Source: an uncultured Candidatus Saccharibacteria bacterium (GTDB taxonomy: Bacteria; Patescibacteriota; Minisyncoccia; Phycocordibacterales; UBA9973). From it: 64,000 bases of DNA. The notes under the pieces are model-generated. The model was not told the DNA's origin and did no database searches. It was given only the letters and a program-made list of their open reading frames with translations. Made by a program: the position numbers and the translations under genes. The stretch covers positions 3,394-67,393 of the forward strand of contig CAZQAW010000002.1 in the NCBI GenBank assembly GCA_964591445.1, read 5' to 3'. Of the stretch, positions 45,021 through 55,566 are shown piece by piece (positions within the stretch are counted from its first letter, which is position 1; each line of letters opens with the position of its first letter).

Positions 45021-48000
45021 TTAGTGGCCATGACTATCTGCTTTTGCTTCACTATGTCCACTTGATTTTGATGGTGTATCTTGACCCCCACTTGGTTCGT
45101 GGTACGTTGCGTGCGTGTGTGGAGCATGTGGTAGGTGTCCCTGCGAATGACTTTCATTTGTTTTCCCACTCCATTCAATTGCTCTTCTAATTGCTTGCAC
45201 GCCTCCAACTATCGAAGCTGCTACAACAGTTGAACCTGGTGCAAAACCTTCATTTATCATTCCTGCCCCTGTAGCGCCTGCTAGCACTAAGCCTGAACCT
45301 TGAGCGAATCCTTTACCAAGCTCTTCCATAATCTGTTTTGTTCCTTCCCAATTGGTTTTAAGAATAGTTGACTGAGCCTGGCTAAGCTTGTTTTGGGTGC
45401 TTCTCATTTCTTTTGACGCCTTCTTAGATTTCTCAAGAAGTTGTGCGTATCGTTCTTTGAGTTGCTCTCTTTGTCGAGTTTCTGCTTCGGTTATTGTTGT
45501 GCCTTTTTTCTTCGCTTCCGCGATTTTTTTATCGAGCTCAAGTACTTCTTTTCCTACTTCTCTTGCTGTGTCTTGAGCGGCAAGAGCTTTGCCTCTTTTA
45601 TCACCGAGCTCAGTTCTGAGTTCGCTTATGTGTGATGAGGTAATTTCCTTGCCGAACTCTTTAATGTTATCTAGTTCGTCTCGCTCATCATCCAAATAGC
45701 GTTTACCGGAACGTCGCATAAGTGTAGACTGCCACTGTTTTTCGCGAGCTGTCTTGATGCGTTCTTTGTTCTTCTCCATTTTCTGTATGCCCAATGATTC
45801 TTCCATGGAAGATTGTGCTTTTGTTGCCACAACTTTTCCATTTTTGTCTACATATTCCCCTTGCGCATTCATAGCGAATACCTTGCCTCCCTTTTCGTAA
45901 GCTCGAATATTCTGATCCACAAGTGCAGCTTTCTGGGTAAGATCGGCAACTTTTTTCTGGGCTGCATTTTTTTCATCGCTCTTATCAGGAAGTGTTTTTA
46001 TGCGTGCATTTTCAATACGAATCTGGTTTTGCAAGTCTTCCTTGATATCTTTATAGTTTGTTTGTTTGTCCTTTTCTTTCTCGATTTTCTTCTCTTCATC
46101 TTTGTATTTGTGTTCATCATAGCCAAGGCTCTTGCCGTATTTGTCGTCCTTCTCTGCCTTGCGAGCTTGGAGTCCAAGCCATCCACCATCTGTTGATTTA
46201 GTATCAAGCCCCGCAAACGAAAGACCCTTATTTAAGTTCATCCCTGTCTTTTCAGAAAGTTTGTTACCAACTGCGGTATTGCGTGCATCAAATGTTGATG
46301 TTGCAAGCTTGTTTGAAGCTGCAAGTGTTGCTCTCGCCATCATTCCGCTTAAGCCTTTTTTCGCCGCTGCGTCTTTAAGACCTTGGTTTTGTGTGGCGTT
46401 ATATCCCAATCTGCCAAGTGTCGCCCGTCCGGCGAGCGCGTAGCCTCCAGCAGCCAAACCTATTGCTCCGCCTGCAAGCGCAGTTCCCGCTTTGACCACT
46501 GCACCGCCGATTTCTCCTGACATATCAAGAGCAATTTTGCGCGCGCGCATGAGGAGCGTGACGATGATAAGGAGTGGGATAAGCACGCCGAGGATGATCT
46601 GTGTCGTTGTTTTGTCGCTGCCAAGATCTCGGAAAAAGTTCGTATTCATGAACATGATGATGAGATACATGAAGAACATGAATACAGGCACAACGAATGC
46701 TTGGCTAATAAGTTTACTCCACCAGCTTGAAAAACTCATTTCCCCTAATATTTTACCACCAGATGAAGGCATGATGAGCGAGATGAATGCAATCGGCGCG
46801 AATATCATCAGTATCCAAAGTCCCGCAACGCGCGCCATGAATAGAAATGCTACGCTCGCGAACACCCATATGCCGATACAGTTAATGACCGTCATTATAA
46901 GAGATATGATAATGAACTGTCCTGGTGGTGGTGCCCCGTTTACCCCAACAGCTTCTGGTACACCGCTTTGGCTTGTGAGTTTGAGTGTGGTTGCTTGCTG
47001 GAATATAGTTTGTGGATTAAATTTACTTACGATAGCCGTTGAAACATTTCTCGTATTTTCATTTATCCATACATTCTCTACTTTGTCATTACTTACACAT
47101 TTGCCGTCTACATACATACCACCGCAAATATTGTTATAAAACACTCCTCCTAAAATATTCGAAGCGTCTATGACTACTCGTGCAAAAAACAAGCTGAAGT
47201 TGAGGAGCAGCGCAACAAGAATGACATTTTTTATGGTATTTTTTGCGTTGACGTTGTGATTGCCAAGTATAGTGCCGATGCCCACCCACAGCAAAATAAA
47301 GATGAACATGATGTTGGCAATGTCACGAGCGATCTTCCAACCTTGCTCGACGAATGTTGCTCCGGAACCTTTATATGAATTGCTGTCGAGCGTGAACCCC
47401 ATTGCCCAGTCGAGAAGTTGTCCGGACAAGCTGAACAGGAATGATGTTGGAACGAAAAAAATGTAATAAAATGCTCGAGCAAAGCACCCAGCCCAAGTAT
47501 CTGATTCTAAAATGTCACATGTAGGAAGACTGTTATTGCCTACTGAGGTGGTGGGTCCGCCAAGTCCGTTGCTAACAGAGGATGTCACACTTGAGGTATT
47601 GTTCTGTACTTCAGTAGGGATGCCTTGGTTGTCGATAGAGATTTCGATTGCATTGGAAACTACACCATTCTGTGATACTGTGCCTGTTCCCAACGAAATT
47701 CCCGTATCCGAGGAAGCAACTGCGGAATAAGTAAAAGTGTTCTTTAAAACTGCTGCAGTTTCATACACACCGGTGCCGTCTGGGTTTAAAGTGACGGGGG
47801 CATCAGTGACGATCTTGGTTTTTACCGCATTAGCTCCCGACGTATCTTTTTCCCATATTGAAATAGTTACCTCATCGTCATTTGGGTCTACGCCAGAGCT
47901 GGTTACAAGTATTTTCCATGTTGACGTTGTTCCAGACAGTGTTGTGCCTCCGTTTGCAAGGTTGAGTTTTGCATATGTTTGCGCTCGCGCAGAAAAGACG

Positions 48001-48065
48001 GGAGCAAGCATGCTTCCCCCTACTATTCCTATCATCGCTATGATAACTACGATTTTTTTGAACAT
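45021..48065 (-). CDS. VirB6/TrbL-like polytopic membrane protein with a long coiled-coil tail
   Basis: GWKIARDIANIMFIFILL...VALLLNFSLFFARVVIDASNIL...RVAGLW..MIFAPIAF...WW..L...AF. Confidence 0.78.
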   Translation of the reverse strand: MFKKIVVIIAMIGIVGGSMLAPVFSARAQTYAKLNLANGGTTLSGTTSTWKILVTSSGVDPNDDEVTISIWEKDTSGANAVKTKIVTDAPVTLNPDGTGVYETAAVLKNTFTYSAVASSDTGISLGTGTVSQNGVVSNAIEISIDNQGIPTEVQNNTSSVTSSVSNGLGGPTTSVGNNSLPTCDILESDTWAGCFARAFYYIFFVPTSFLFSLSGQLLDWAMGFTLDSNSYKGSGATFVEQGWKIARDIANIMFIFILLWVGIGTILGNHNVNAKNTIKNVILVALLLNFSLFFARVVIDASNILGGVFYNNICGGMYVDGKCVSNDKVENVWINENTRNVSTAIVSKFNPQTIFQQATTLKLTSQSGVPEAVGVNGAPPPGQFIIISLIMTVINCIGIWVFASVAFLFMARVAGLWILMIFAPIAFISLIMPSSGGKILGEMSFSSWWSKLISQAFVVPVFMFFMYLIIMFMNTNFFRDLGSDKTTTQIILGVLIPLLIIVTLLMRARKIALDMSGEIGGAVVKAGTALAGGAIGLAAGGYALAGRATLGRLGYNATQNQGLKDAAAKKGLSGMMARATLAASNKLATSTFDARNTAVGNKLSEKTGMNLNKGLSFAGLDTKSTDGGWLGLQARKAEKDDKYGKSLGYDEHKYKDEEKKIEKEKDKQTNYKDIKEDLQNQIRIENARIKTLPDKSDEKNAAQKKVADLTQKAALVDQNIRAYEKGGKVFAMNAQGEYVDKNGKVVATKAQSSMEESLGIQKMEKNKERIKTAREKQWQSTLMRRSGKRYLDDERDELDNIKEFGKEITSSHISELRTELGDKRGKALAAQDTAREVGKEVLELDKKIAEAKKKGTTITEAETRQREQLKERYAQLLEKSKKASKEMRSTQNKLSQAQSTILKTNWEGTKQIMEELGKGFAQGSGLVLAGATGAGMINEGFAPGSTVVAASIVGGVQAIRRAIEWSGKTNESHSQGHLPHAPHTHATYHEPSGGQDTPSKSSGHSEAKADSHGH

Positions 48066-48150
48066 GTGTATGGTGTATACAGAAATAACCTGGCCCAACG
48101 TGGACAGAATACAACTTTAGTATATCATTTACTCCTTAAGAAAATACGAA

Positions 48151-48185
48151 AAAACAGTGCAAAACTTTTGTTTTGCACTGTTTTT
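48151..48185 (-). terminator. Intrinsic terminator-like hairpin
   Basis: AAAACAGTGCAAAAC-tttt-GTTTTGCACTGTTTTT. Confidence 0.7.
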
Positions 48186-48196
48186 CTTTGTTTTAT

Positions 48197-50452
48197 TTAG
48201 TAGACACCCAAGTTGCTTTCAAGTATTGGTACACCAAATGCGCTGTTGATGTTGATGACATCGGTAACGTGAATTTCGGCGTAGGCTCCGTTTGGCAATC
48301 CCCCTCCGTAGAACACGTCATCCAAGAATACACTGGTTGTTGGTATAAGTGACGCTGCCTGTTCTTGGACAGAAAGCAAGTCTTTTGGATACGATTTGCG
48401 TTGTGTTGGTCCGGTGTATGTGGTGCCGACGTTTGAGCCAGTCTTGTCGATACCGTCCACTTCTTTGCGGCAGCGGTAAAAGAGGTCTACTGCGTCTCGT
48501 GTGTCAAACTCTATCTGGTATATCTCAGCTTCCAAGTTCTTTACATCGTCTCCTGTTACCAAATTTGAGGTCATGGCTTGGAATGTGCGCACCAGTTTTT
48601 CGTATTCGGTATTGTTAGGGTCAGTTTGGTACGCGGCAAGGGCCTGTGGAAGTTGGCTGTTGATGTAGGTAAGCTTGCTGATATTTGATTTCATCTGCCC
48701 GATCTGCGCTTCGATTTCGGTGTATTCGTTCTGATAAGTCGGAAGTGAATTGTATAACTGGTTGATCTCTGCTGTTACTGTCGGCATGTTGAATACATTG
48801 AACTTATCCTTCATGATATCGATAAAGCCTTTGAGTTTGACCGGCGGATCATTCTCGCTCATGCCGCCTTCGATGATACGTTGGACGAGAGATATGGTTC
48901 GTTCTTTTGACATTGCGCTGTTTGTATCAACACCGGTGTATGCTCGGAACAAAACAGTAAAGAATGAAGCGATACCACTTGCTTTTTGTATTTCTGTCAA
49001 AGCCGTTGCTTCGTTTTGGTATACCGTATCTTGCCAGTTTGCGGCTGGGCCGGGCAAGCAGAAGTCTGCTTTGTAAATTGCCGGAAGCATCTGGTTGATC
49101 GCGCCAGTTTTTGTAAGCTTGTTTGCCCCATACGTATTCCCCGGTCCAAGACGATCCAAGTAATCTTGCTGGTCTTGTATAATTCCCGGAAGTCCAGTGT
49201 TGATATCAAACTCATTTGCTGGATGGTTCCAATGTGTTTGTGATACACCAGACCCTCCGTTTGAAGATGATCCTGTGTTGCTGCCTGAACCTCCGTTGTA
49301 TTGATAAGGATTTGTGCCAGAGCTTGAAGTATCTGCAAGCGAGCTCAAACCTTTTTGCATCATCTGGTTCAAAAGCGCGTCAAATATTGCCGTAAGCGAT
49401 GCATCCAAATCTTCACTGTTGATCAAAGAGTCTGTAGGAATATCGAGCGCGGTGTTGAGCTGATGTGAAAGCACTCCACCCGGTGTGCGAGTTTCTTCAT
49501 AAGTACAAGTATATTTACGCAAACGTTCTTTTGCCGCATTAATGTCTGCTTGATTATAAGATGCTCCATCAAATGGTTCATAACTTCCGGTATTGTTAGA
49601 AGCCTCGGGTGTGGGGAGGCCTGCAATAATCATGTCCTCGCTCTTGTCCCAGTCTGCCGGTGGTTCTTCGTAGTCGCTTGGCTCTACACATACTTTCAAA
49701 GAAAGAAATCCAAAGTTGTTTTGAAGATCTGTTTTTATTTCCTGTATCCTGTTTTGTCCATAACCGGCAATTCGACGAGAAAATTCGTCGCCGGTAATGA
49801 TAGTTGCGCCGATCTGGTTGTTCTGCGGAAGTTGGGTCATTGCAAGCCATCCGTCCCAACCCCCGACGGCAAAGTCGGCTTGGAATTGTTGTGCTTGCGC
49901 CGAACCAATAACTTTGTCTAAACTATATTGCGCGTACATGGAAAAATTTGCTTGAAGTGAGGCAATCAAGTTGCGTGCAATATCTTTACCGAAAGGAGAA
50001 ACGATCTGTATTTGCGCCGTCAAACTCATGAGTTCTTCGTCAGCGATACTTTTGAAAAATCTACCGGGGTTCTGTACGAATGCTGGGGAACCTTTGAATC
50101 CAGTGTTAATCCAGTTCACTGTCGCTTGAGTGATCTTTCGGAGCAATGTTTGTGCGGCAGCACGAGCAATTTTTTTCAAACAAGTTTCTTTGTTTTCAAG
50201 TGCTTTGGTCGCTGGGTCGTTGGTGTCTACTGCCCCACTTGTCAAACCTTCAAGCTTGCTTGACCCCAAGTTAAGAAGTTTGTTCAATCCGCATCCGATA
50301 CCAGCGCCAAGTATTGGGCCTGCACCTTGGAAGATGCTTGCTCCGCCGGAGAACTGCGCTTCAACCTTGCTTACTTCAATGATGAACAAGCCTTGTCCAA
50401 GTACTCCGACAAAAACGATGACTGAAAGTATTTTTTGTAGCCAGGACTTCAT
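48197..50452 (-). CDS. Large secreted or membrane protein associated with the T4SS cluster
   Basis: Signal peptide; TVNWINTGFKGSPAFVQNP...GGWDGW...PQNN...TPG motifs. Confidence 0.7.
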   Translation of the reverse strand: MKSWLQKILSVIVFVGVLGQGLFIIEVSKVEAQFSGGASIFQGAGPILGAGIGCGLNKLLNLGSSKLEGLTSGAVDTNDPATKALENKETCLKKIARAAAQTLLRKITQATVNWINTGFKGSPAFVQNPGRFFKSIADEELMSLTAQIQIVSPFGKDIARNLIASLQANFSMYAQYSLDKVIGSAQAQQFQADFAVGGWDGWLAMTQLPQNNQIGATIITGDEFSRRIAGYGQNRIQEIKTDLQNNFGFLSLKVCVEPSDYEEPPADWDKSEDMIIAGLPTPEASNNTGSYEPFDGASYNQADINAAKERLRKYTCTYEETRTPGGVLSHQLNTALDIPTDSLINSEDLDASLTAIFDALLNQMMQKGLSSLADTSSSGTNPYQYNGGSGSNTGSSSNGGSGVSQTHWNHPANEFDINTGLPGIIQDQQDYLDRLGPGNTYGANKLTKTGAINQMLPAIYKADFCLPGPAANWQDTVYQNEATALTEIQKASGIASFFTVLFRAYTGVDTNSAMSKERTISLVQRIIEGGMSENDPPVKLKGFIDIMKDKFNVFNMPTVTAEINQLYNSLPTYQNEYTEIEAQIGQMKSNISKLTYINSQLPQALAAYQTDPNNTEYEKLVRTFQAMTSNLVTGDDVKNLEAEIYQIEFDTRDAVDLFYRCRKEVDGIDKTGSNVGTTYTGPTQRKSYPKDLLSVQEQAASLIPTTSVFLDDVFYGGGLPNGAYAEIHVTDVININSAFGVPILESNLGVY

Positions 50453-50466
50453 ACGTTTGTAGTATA

Positions 50467-51348
50467 TCACTCTCTTGCGAAATATTGCTGTAGAATTTCA
50501 AGTGCATTGCCAGGTTCTTCTCCATATTTCTCATATTGCGCAAGCCCCACAAGCCCAACAAGTGGGTTGTCGTAGAAATACGTCATGTTCGATACTGCTA
50601 CGCCGGTTTTGTATGACGCATTTGCAAAGTCAAGTGCGAGCTTCGCGGTTGCTTGGGGTACTTCTATTTTTTTGACTGCCTCAGCTAGGTCAAGATATGC
50701 CTTGCCTATCGTCTCAAGCTCTTTTGCTTTGCCTTCGTTCGCTTGGTCGATCGATGTTTCGAGTACGACAAGTTCGGTACCGATGCCTTTTTTCAGATAT
50801 GTTTCAAGAGTTTTGTCGAAGTTTTTTGCAAAGCTTGTATTCGTGCCGCCGGTTTTCATGTCGGCAAGTGTGTATTTGTCCTCGATATCTTTTTGCAAAG
50901 CCGCGTTCTGGCCGATCTTCTCTGCCAAGTCGTTGATGGATTGTTCTGTCAACGCCCCGGCTTCTTTAAGAGAAATGACTGTTGCGAAAATTTCTTTTGC
51001 AAAAGCTTCCGTTTCGTTGTCGTTCATTTCTATCTGCTCATCAAGGCTTGCGCCGGTTTTGATGGCGACTTGGCGTTTGCGTTCGTCGATCTCTGCTTTG
51101 TCGCTTGTGCCGTCTTTGTCGGTGTCCGCACTTGTTGCATCCGTTCCCCATAGAGCTTCTTCCCAATCCGGAATGCCATCTTTATCGGAATCTTGCGTGA
51201 CAAGTTCTTGGACCGTCGTGTGGATGACTTCTTCATTTTTTACGATCACTTTTTTCTGGTAGCGTACATACAGCCACACCGCTATGCCTACAATAAGCAG
51301 TATGACGATGATCGTTGTAAATTTTTTGCTCGGTAAATAACGCTTCAT
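50467..51348 (-). CDS. Membrane-anchored protein with thrombospondin type-3-like Ca-binding repeats
   Basis: DSDKDGIPDWEEALWGTD...DTDKDGTSD. Confidence 0.75.
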   Translation of the reverse strand: MKRYLPSKKFTTIIVILLIVGIAVWLYVRYQKKVIVKNEEVIHTTVQELVTQDSDKDGIPDWEEALWGTDATSADTDKDGTSDKAEIDERKRQVAIKTGASLDEQIEMNDNETEAFAKEIFATVISLKEAGALTEQSINDLAEKIGQNAALQKDIEDKYTLADMKTGGTNTSFAKNFDKTLETYLKKGIGTELVVLETSIDQANEGKAKELETIGKAYLDLAEAVKKIEVPQATAKLALDFANASYKTGVAVSNMTYFYDNPLVGLVGLAQYEKYGEEPGNALEILQQYFARE

Positions 51349-51349
51349 A

Positions 51350-51712
51350 TTACTTGAATTTCGGAGTTTTAGACGCACCGTAGAAAAGTACTGGAATCAC
51401 TGGGTAAGGTGTGCCCACATCAGTAAAACATCCTGGTGATGGAGCGGCTGCGTATTTGCCAAGTATTTGTTTACCGGCAGTTGGAGAGTTTACGCTTCCC
51501 GGAATTCCTATTGGGAAAAAGTAGTTTGTCGCTGGCCAAGCACCGTTGGGAACTATGGTTACCGGTCCATATCCTGCACAAGTTATGCCGGGAATGCTTG
51601 AAGATACGATTTTTGTACTACCAAAGTTGCGAGTCACAAATGCATCCGCATAATCAAAAAGCGCAAAAGATATAAGTGCGAAGAACAATATGACAAATGT
51701 AAGCCTTCTCAT
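51350..51712 (-). CDS. Small secreted hypothetical protein
   Basis: Signal peptide; G..ILG.Y motif and a Cys pair. Confidence 0.6.
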   Translation of the reverse strand: MRRLTFVILFFALISFALFDYADAFVTRNFGSTKIVSSSIPGITCAGYGPVTIVPNGAWPATNYFFPIGIPGSVNSPTAGKQILGKYAAAPSPGCFTDVGTPYPVIPVLFYGASKTPKFK

Positions 51713-51741
51713 ATATATATAGTATATCTTACATGTGAGGT

Positions 51742-52575
51742 TTATTTCGTGTGGATATGTGGCGCAAGTGCTTGCGTGAGAGCGATCCAAAGCGGAAGCT
51801 CTACGTTTTCGGCACGAATTTTAAGCGAAAGAGAAAGGTTTTCAAAGGCTTTTTGGATGATTTCTTTTGTAATACCAAGCTCGGTTAGATTTTGGATAAG
51901 CACTTTACGTTTATGGGCAAAACCGGTTTTGACTACGTTAAAGAAAGCTTTTTCGGTAATGTGTGCCGTCTCGAACTTTTGTTTGGAAATATTCGTGATC
52001 GCGATGATAGCTGAATCTACTTTGGGCTCGGGAGAAAAATAATGTTTTGGAACTTTTGAAACATATTTTGGTTCGCCGTATGCTTTGACGGAAAGTGAGA
52101 GAATGCTTTCCTGTGCCCCGCGTAGTCTTCTAGACGAAGTGGGGTGTCTTCCAACAATGCGTTCAGCGACTTCTTTCTGAACAAGAAACACAATCGCGCT
52201 CGGCTGCGCCTCGCGCTCCAGAAACATCTGAAACAACGCGCCCGTAATATAGTACGGAATATTGGCGATAACTTTGTAGTCATGCGGAAGTTCTATATTG
52301 TCTTCCATAATGTCCCCTTCTATCAAAACAAGTTTTTTATTTCTGATCTCTGTTGCAAATGTTTCTTCTAAAACCGGAATCAAACTTTTATCTTTTTCGA
52401 TCGCAATAACTTTGCCTGCATGCGCGAGCAATTCTTTGGTCAGCGCACCTTTCCCGGGGCCGATTTCTAAAACTGTATCTTTGCTTGTCACGTTACCACC
52501 CGCAATCATATCAGAAAGAGCCTTCTTTGATTTCAAGAAATGTTGCCCTAAAGATTTTTTTGCGCGATGGTGCAT
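51742..52575 (-). CDS. rsmA: 16S rRNA dimethyladenosine transferase
   Basis: KKSLGQHFL, LEIGPGKG, ANIPYYIT, QKEVAERI, PKVDSA, F.HKRK. Confidence 0.96.
   Translation of the reverse strand: MHHRAKKSLGQHFLKSKKALSDMIAGGNVTSKDTVLEIGPGKGALTKELLAHAGKVIAIEKDKSLIPVLEETFATEIRNKKLVLIEGDIMEDNIELPHDYKVIANIPYYITGALFQMFLEREAQPSAIVFLVQKEVAERIVGRHPTSSRRLRGAQESILSLSVKAYGEPKYVSKVPKHYFSPEPKVDSAIIAITNISKQKFETAHITEKAFFNVVKTGFAHKRKVLIQNLTELGITKEIIQKAFENLSLSLKIRAENVELPLWIALTQALAPHIHTK
52114..52146. repeat. Imperfect palindrome (family B) in frame inside rsmA
   Basis: TGCCCCGCGTAGTCT-tct-AGACGAAGTGGGGTG encodes HPTSSRRLRGA. Confidence 0.65.
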
Positions 52576-52576
52576 G

Positions 52577-54496
52577 TTAGTCGAGGTAAATCGTTTTGAC
52601 ATTTCGTGCATACTCTCTTTCTACCAAATGTTCGGGTATGTCGTAAAGGAATTCGGATGGTGCGTTGATTTGTCGTGAACCGAAAATTGTGCGGATCGAA
52701 GCATACGTCAAAAACAATTTTTCTTTTGCACGAGTGATCGCAACGTAGAAAAGTCGGCGCTCTTCTTCTTTTTCTTCTTCAGTCGCATTCCCGTCTTTAT
52801 GATGCGGAAACAGATCTTGTTCAAGTCCGCTGACAAACACGTATTTAAATTCCAAACCTTTTGAAGCGTGAACTGTCATCATGCGCACGCCTTCTTTTGT
52901 GTCTTTGTGGTCGAGCGAATCTTGGTCTGAAGCAAGCGCTGCGTCTTCCAAAAGTTTTTCCAAACCTTCGCCGTCCGGCATTACGTCATATTTCAGCGCA
53001 AGCGAGGCGAGTTCTTTGATGTTTTCCAAACGCTCTTTGTCTTCGTCGTTTCCAGACGAAAGTTCTGTTTCGATGCCTGTTGTTTTGATAAGGTAAATGA
53101 TCGTTTCAGAAGGCGAATGCACAAGCGCGTATTCTTTGATCAAGTCCAAAATAGCGTAAAAAGAAAGGACTTTTTTCTGCATTGCCGCCGGCAAGTCATG
53201 TATGCCGCCGGCAAAAAGCTTGGCAATAGAAGTCTTGCCAATGCCTCGTGTTGGAAAGTTGATGATGCGTTTCATATCGCTCAAACTTTCGCGGTTGAGT
53301 GCGGTGCGAATGTACGCCAGCACGTCGCGAATTTCTTTTCGTTCAAAGAATTTGACGCCAAGCACTTGATAAGGAATGTTGTGCATAAGCATCGCTTCTT
53401 CGAGTACGCGGGATTGGAAGTTTGCGCGGTAGAGTATCGCAATGTCGTTTGGGTCAGTTCCCTCTTTGAGCAATCCGTCGACTGTGTCGGCAATGAATCG
53501 CGCTTCTTCGTTTTCGTCAAAGCCTTCAGTCAAAGTAATCTTCTCGCCAACTCCTTGTTTCGTGTACAAGTTTTTTTCTTTGCGATGAATATTTTTCTTG
53601 ATGACTTCATTTGCTGCCTCAAGTATCGCTTGTGTTGAACGATAATTTTCTTCAAGCAACACGACTTTTGCCGTTGGATAATCTTTTTCGAAGTTCAAAA
53701 TGTTCTTGATGTTTGCGCCGCGCCAGCCGTAAATGTTTTGGTCGCCATCACCGACCACGCAAATATTTTTATATTTTTGTGCAAGAAGTTCCGCCAAACG
53801 AAATTGCACTTCATTCGTGTCTTGGTATTCGTCGATATGCATGTACTTCCATTTTTCTTGGTAGTGGTCGAGAATGTCTGGATGTTTTATAAAAAGCCGC
53901 ACTGTTTCTACCAACAAGTCGTCAAAGTCAAAAGCATTTTCTTTACGCTTCAGTTTTTCGTAGATAGACCAAACGCGCGACGTCATTTTGTCGACGTTCG
54001 TCGTCGCGCGTTCTGCGTATTGTTCTGGAGTCAAGAAATCATTCTTCGCTTTTGAAATCACGTTCTTAAATTTTCTCGGTTCAAATTGTTTCGGATCAAG
54101 GCCTATTTCAACAACCGCCGCCTTGATGAGTGCTTTTGCATCATCGTCGTCCAAAATGGAAAAGTGTTTAATCGTGCCGATCCGTGCAGCGTTTTCTTTT
54201 AAAATTTTTACGCCAAGCGAATGGAACGTCGAAACAAACGGCAAACTCTCTCCCAGCCCCTCCTTTCGCACAGCCGCATGCACGCGTTCGCGCATTTCTT
54301 TTGCCGCTTTGTTGGTAAAAGTAATCGCCAAAATGTTCTCTCCGGCTACGCCTTGGTGCAGCAAATGCACGATGCGATGCGTAATAGTCTTCGTTTTACC
54401 AGCCCCGGCCCCAGCCACGATCAAAAGCGGCCCGTTGGTGTGCATTGCCGCCTCCCGCTGGGCCGCATTTAACCCCGAAAGATAATCCGTACTCAT
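52577..54496 (-). CDS. pcrA: UvrD/PcrA ATP-dependent DNA helicase
   Basis: AGAGAGKT, TFTNKAA, DEYQD, VGDGDQNIYGWRGA, NYRS, TVHASKGLEF, EERRLFYVAITRA. Confidence 0.95.
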   Translation of the reverse strand: MSTDYLSGLNAAQREAAMHTNGPLLIVAGAGAGKTKTITHRIVHLLHQGVAGENILAITFTNKAAKEMRERVHAAVRKEGLGESLPFVSTFHSLGVKILKENAARIGTIKHFSILDDDDAKALIKAAVVEIGLDPKQFEPRKFKNVISKAKNDFLTPEQYAERATTNVDKMTSRVWSIYEKLKRKENAFDFDDLLVETVRLFIKHPDILDHYQEKWKYMHIDEYQDTNEVQFRLAELLAQKYKNICVVGDGDQNIYGWRGANIKNILNFEKDYPTAKVVLLEENYRSTQAILEAANEVIKKNIHRKEKNLYTKQGVGEKITLTEGFDENEEARFIADTVDGLLKEGTDPNDIAILYRANFQSRVLEEAMLMHNIPYQVLGVKFFERKEIRDVLAYIRTALNRESLSDMKRIINFPTRGIGKTSIAKLFAGGIHDLPAAMQKKVLSFYAILDLIKEYALVHSPSETIIYLIKTTGIETELSSGNDEDKERLENIKELASLALKYDVMPDGEGLEKLLEDAALASDQDSLDHKDTKEGVRMMTVHASKGLEFKYVFVSGLEQDLFPHHKDGNATEEEKEEERRLFYVAITRAKEKLFLTYASIRTIFGSRQINAPSEFLYDIPEHLVEREYARNVKTIYLD

Positions 54497-54572
54497 AAGT
54501 CTTTCTACTATAGCACACCGCAAATCTCCCCTTTTCCCCAGAAAAAGCCTTACAAAATAAGAGTAATTTCGC

Positions 54573-54602
54573 TTGACAAATAGCTATCTATTGTGCTATA
54601 AT
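54573..54602 (+). promoter_or_regulatory. Sigma-70 promoter of orphan 54660-55514
   Basis: TTGACA-18 nt-TATAAT with a TG extension. Confidence 0.7.
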
Positions 54603-54659
54603 ATAAGCAAATATAGAAAGAAACTAAATAAATATAAACACTCAAAAACCCTATACAAA

Positions 54660-55514
54660 ATGGAAGAAATTGTAAAAAAGTTAGCGGATCTTACAACTGC
54701 TGTAAACAATGGTTTTAGACAAACCAATGAAAACCTGGACAAATTGAATGGTACGGTAAAAGATGAAGGTCGTAAAACAAGAGGATTGGTAGGTTGGAAT
54801 TTATTCTTTACTCTACTCACTCTGGGGCTTGTTATTTATTGCTGTTTTTTCAATAGTGGCTGCAATAAAGTCGCAGAAGAAAAAGCTGTTCCTTGCAAGT
54901 TGAACACAGAAATGTGGGTGACTGGCGTAGGAGCCATCAGCGATCCCGAAGCACTTGCCGCGCTCAAAGGCACAGACACGATCTACCTCAGTTTTCAAAA
55001 AGCTGACGGAGAGCGTTTCAAAAAAGTGCTTACTTTGAACACCGCCCAACAGGCTGGCAGAAAGATCGAATACCTTATCGATTTCCAAAAGATTGATAGC
55101 GTACAAAACTTCTGCACATTCCTGGTACAGGATTTCCGGATTACTGATAAAGTGCTGGTTCAAGATACTGTGAAAACAATATCTTTGCCAAGCGTGCAAT
55201 CTGTTCCGAAATCCAAAGCCAAAATGCAGGAAGGATCTGATCCGGCTCCATCAGAACAGAAGCAATCTAATGCTTCAGGTTCAGGTGTTGTTGAGTATGA
55301 CAGGTCTATCACAGGCAGCACTCAAGCATTTATAAAAATGCGTGATGGTTCGGTAAAGAAAAGGACACTTACCCTTGAAGATGGAACCAACAACTTGCTT
55401 TGGGAAAACACTGCTGATATTGTGGCAGTGAATCCCGAAATAAAGTCTGGCGATCATGTAAAAATTTTAGTAATGAATAAGCTTGATTCTTTGTTTCAAC
55501 AAACAACAAAATAA
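54660..55514 (+). CDS. Orphan single-pass membrane protein
   Basis: N-terminal coiled coil, then a TM segment with CC...C; own promoter; terminator at about 55533-55568. Confidence 0.65.
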   Translation: MEEIVKKLADLTTAVNNGFRQTNENLDKLNGTVKDEGRKTRGLVGWNLFFTLLTLGLVIYCCFFNSGCNKVAEEKAVPCKLNTEMWVTGVGAISDPEALAALKGTDTIYLSFQKADGERFKKVLTLNTAQQAGRKIEYLIDFQKIDSVQNFCTFLVQDFRITDKVLVQDTVKTISLPSVQSVPKSKAKMQEGSDPAPSEQKQSNASGSGVVEYDRSITGSTQAFIKMRDGSVKKRTLTLEDGTNNLLWENTADIVAVNPEIKSGDHVKILVMNKLDSLFQQTTK

Positions 55515-55566
55515 ATCGTTGTTTATTAAACCAAAAGCCGATGCATACAGTATGCATCGGCTTTTT

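Noticed and set aside
37023-51712. Integrative conjugative element or prophage
   Set aside because: No integrase, relaxase, att repeats or phage genes; the cluster is contiguous with rsmA/pcrA and resembles the core CPR T4SS locus.
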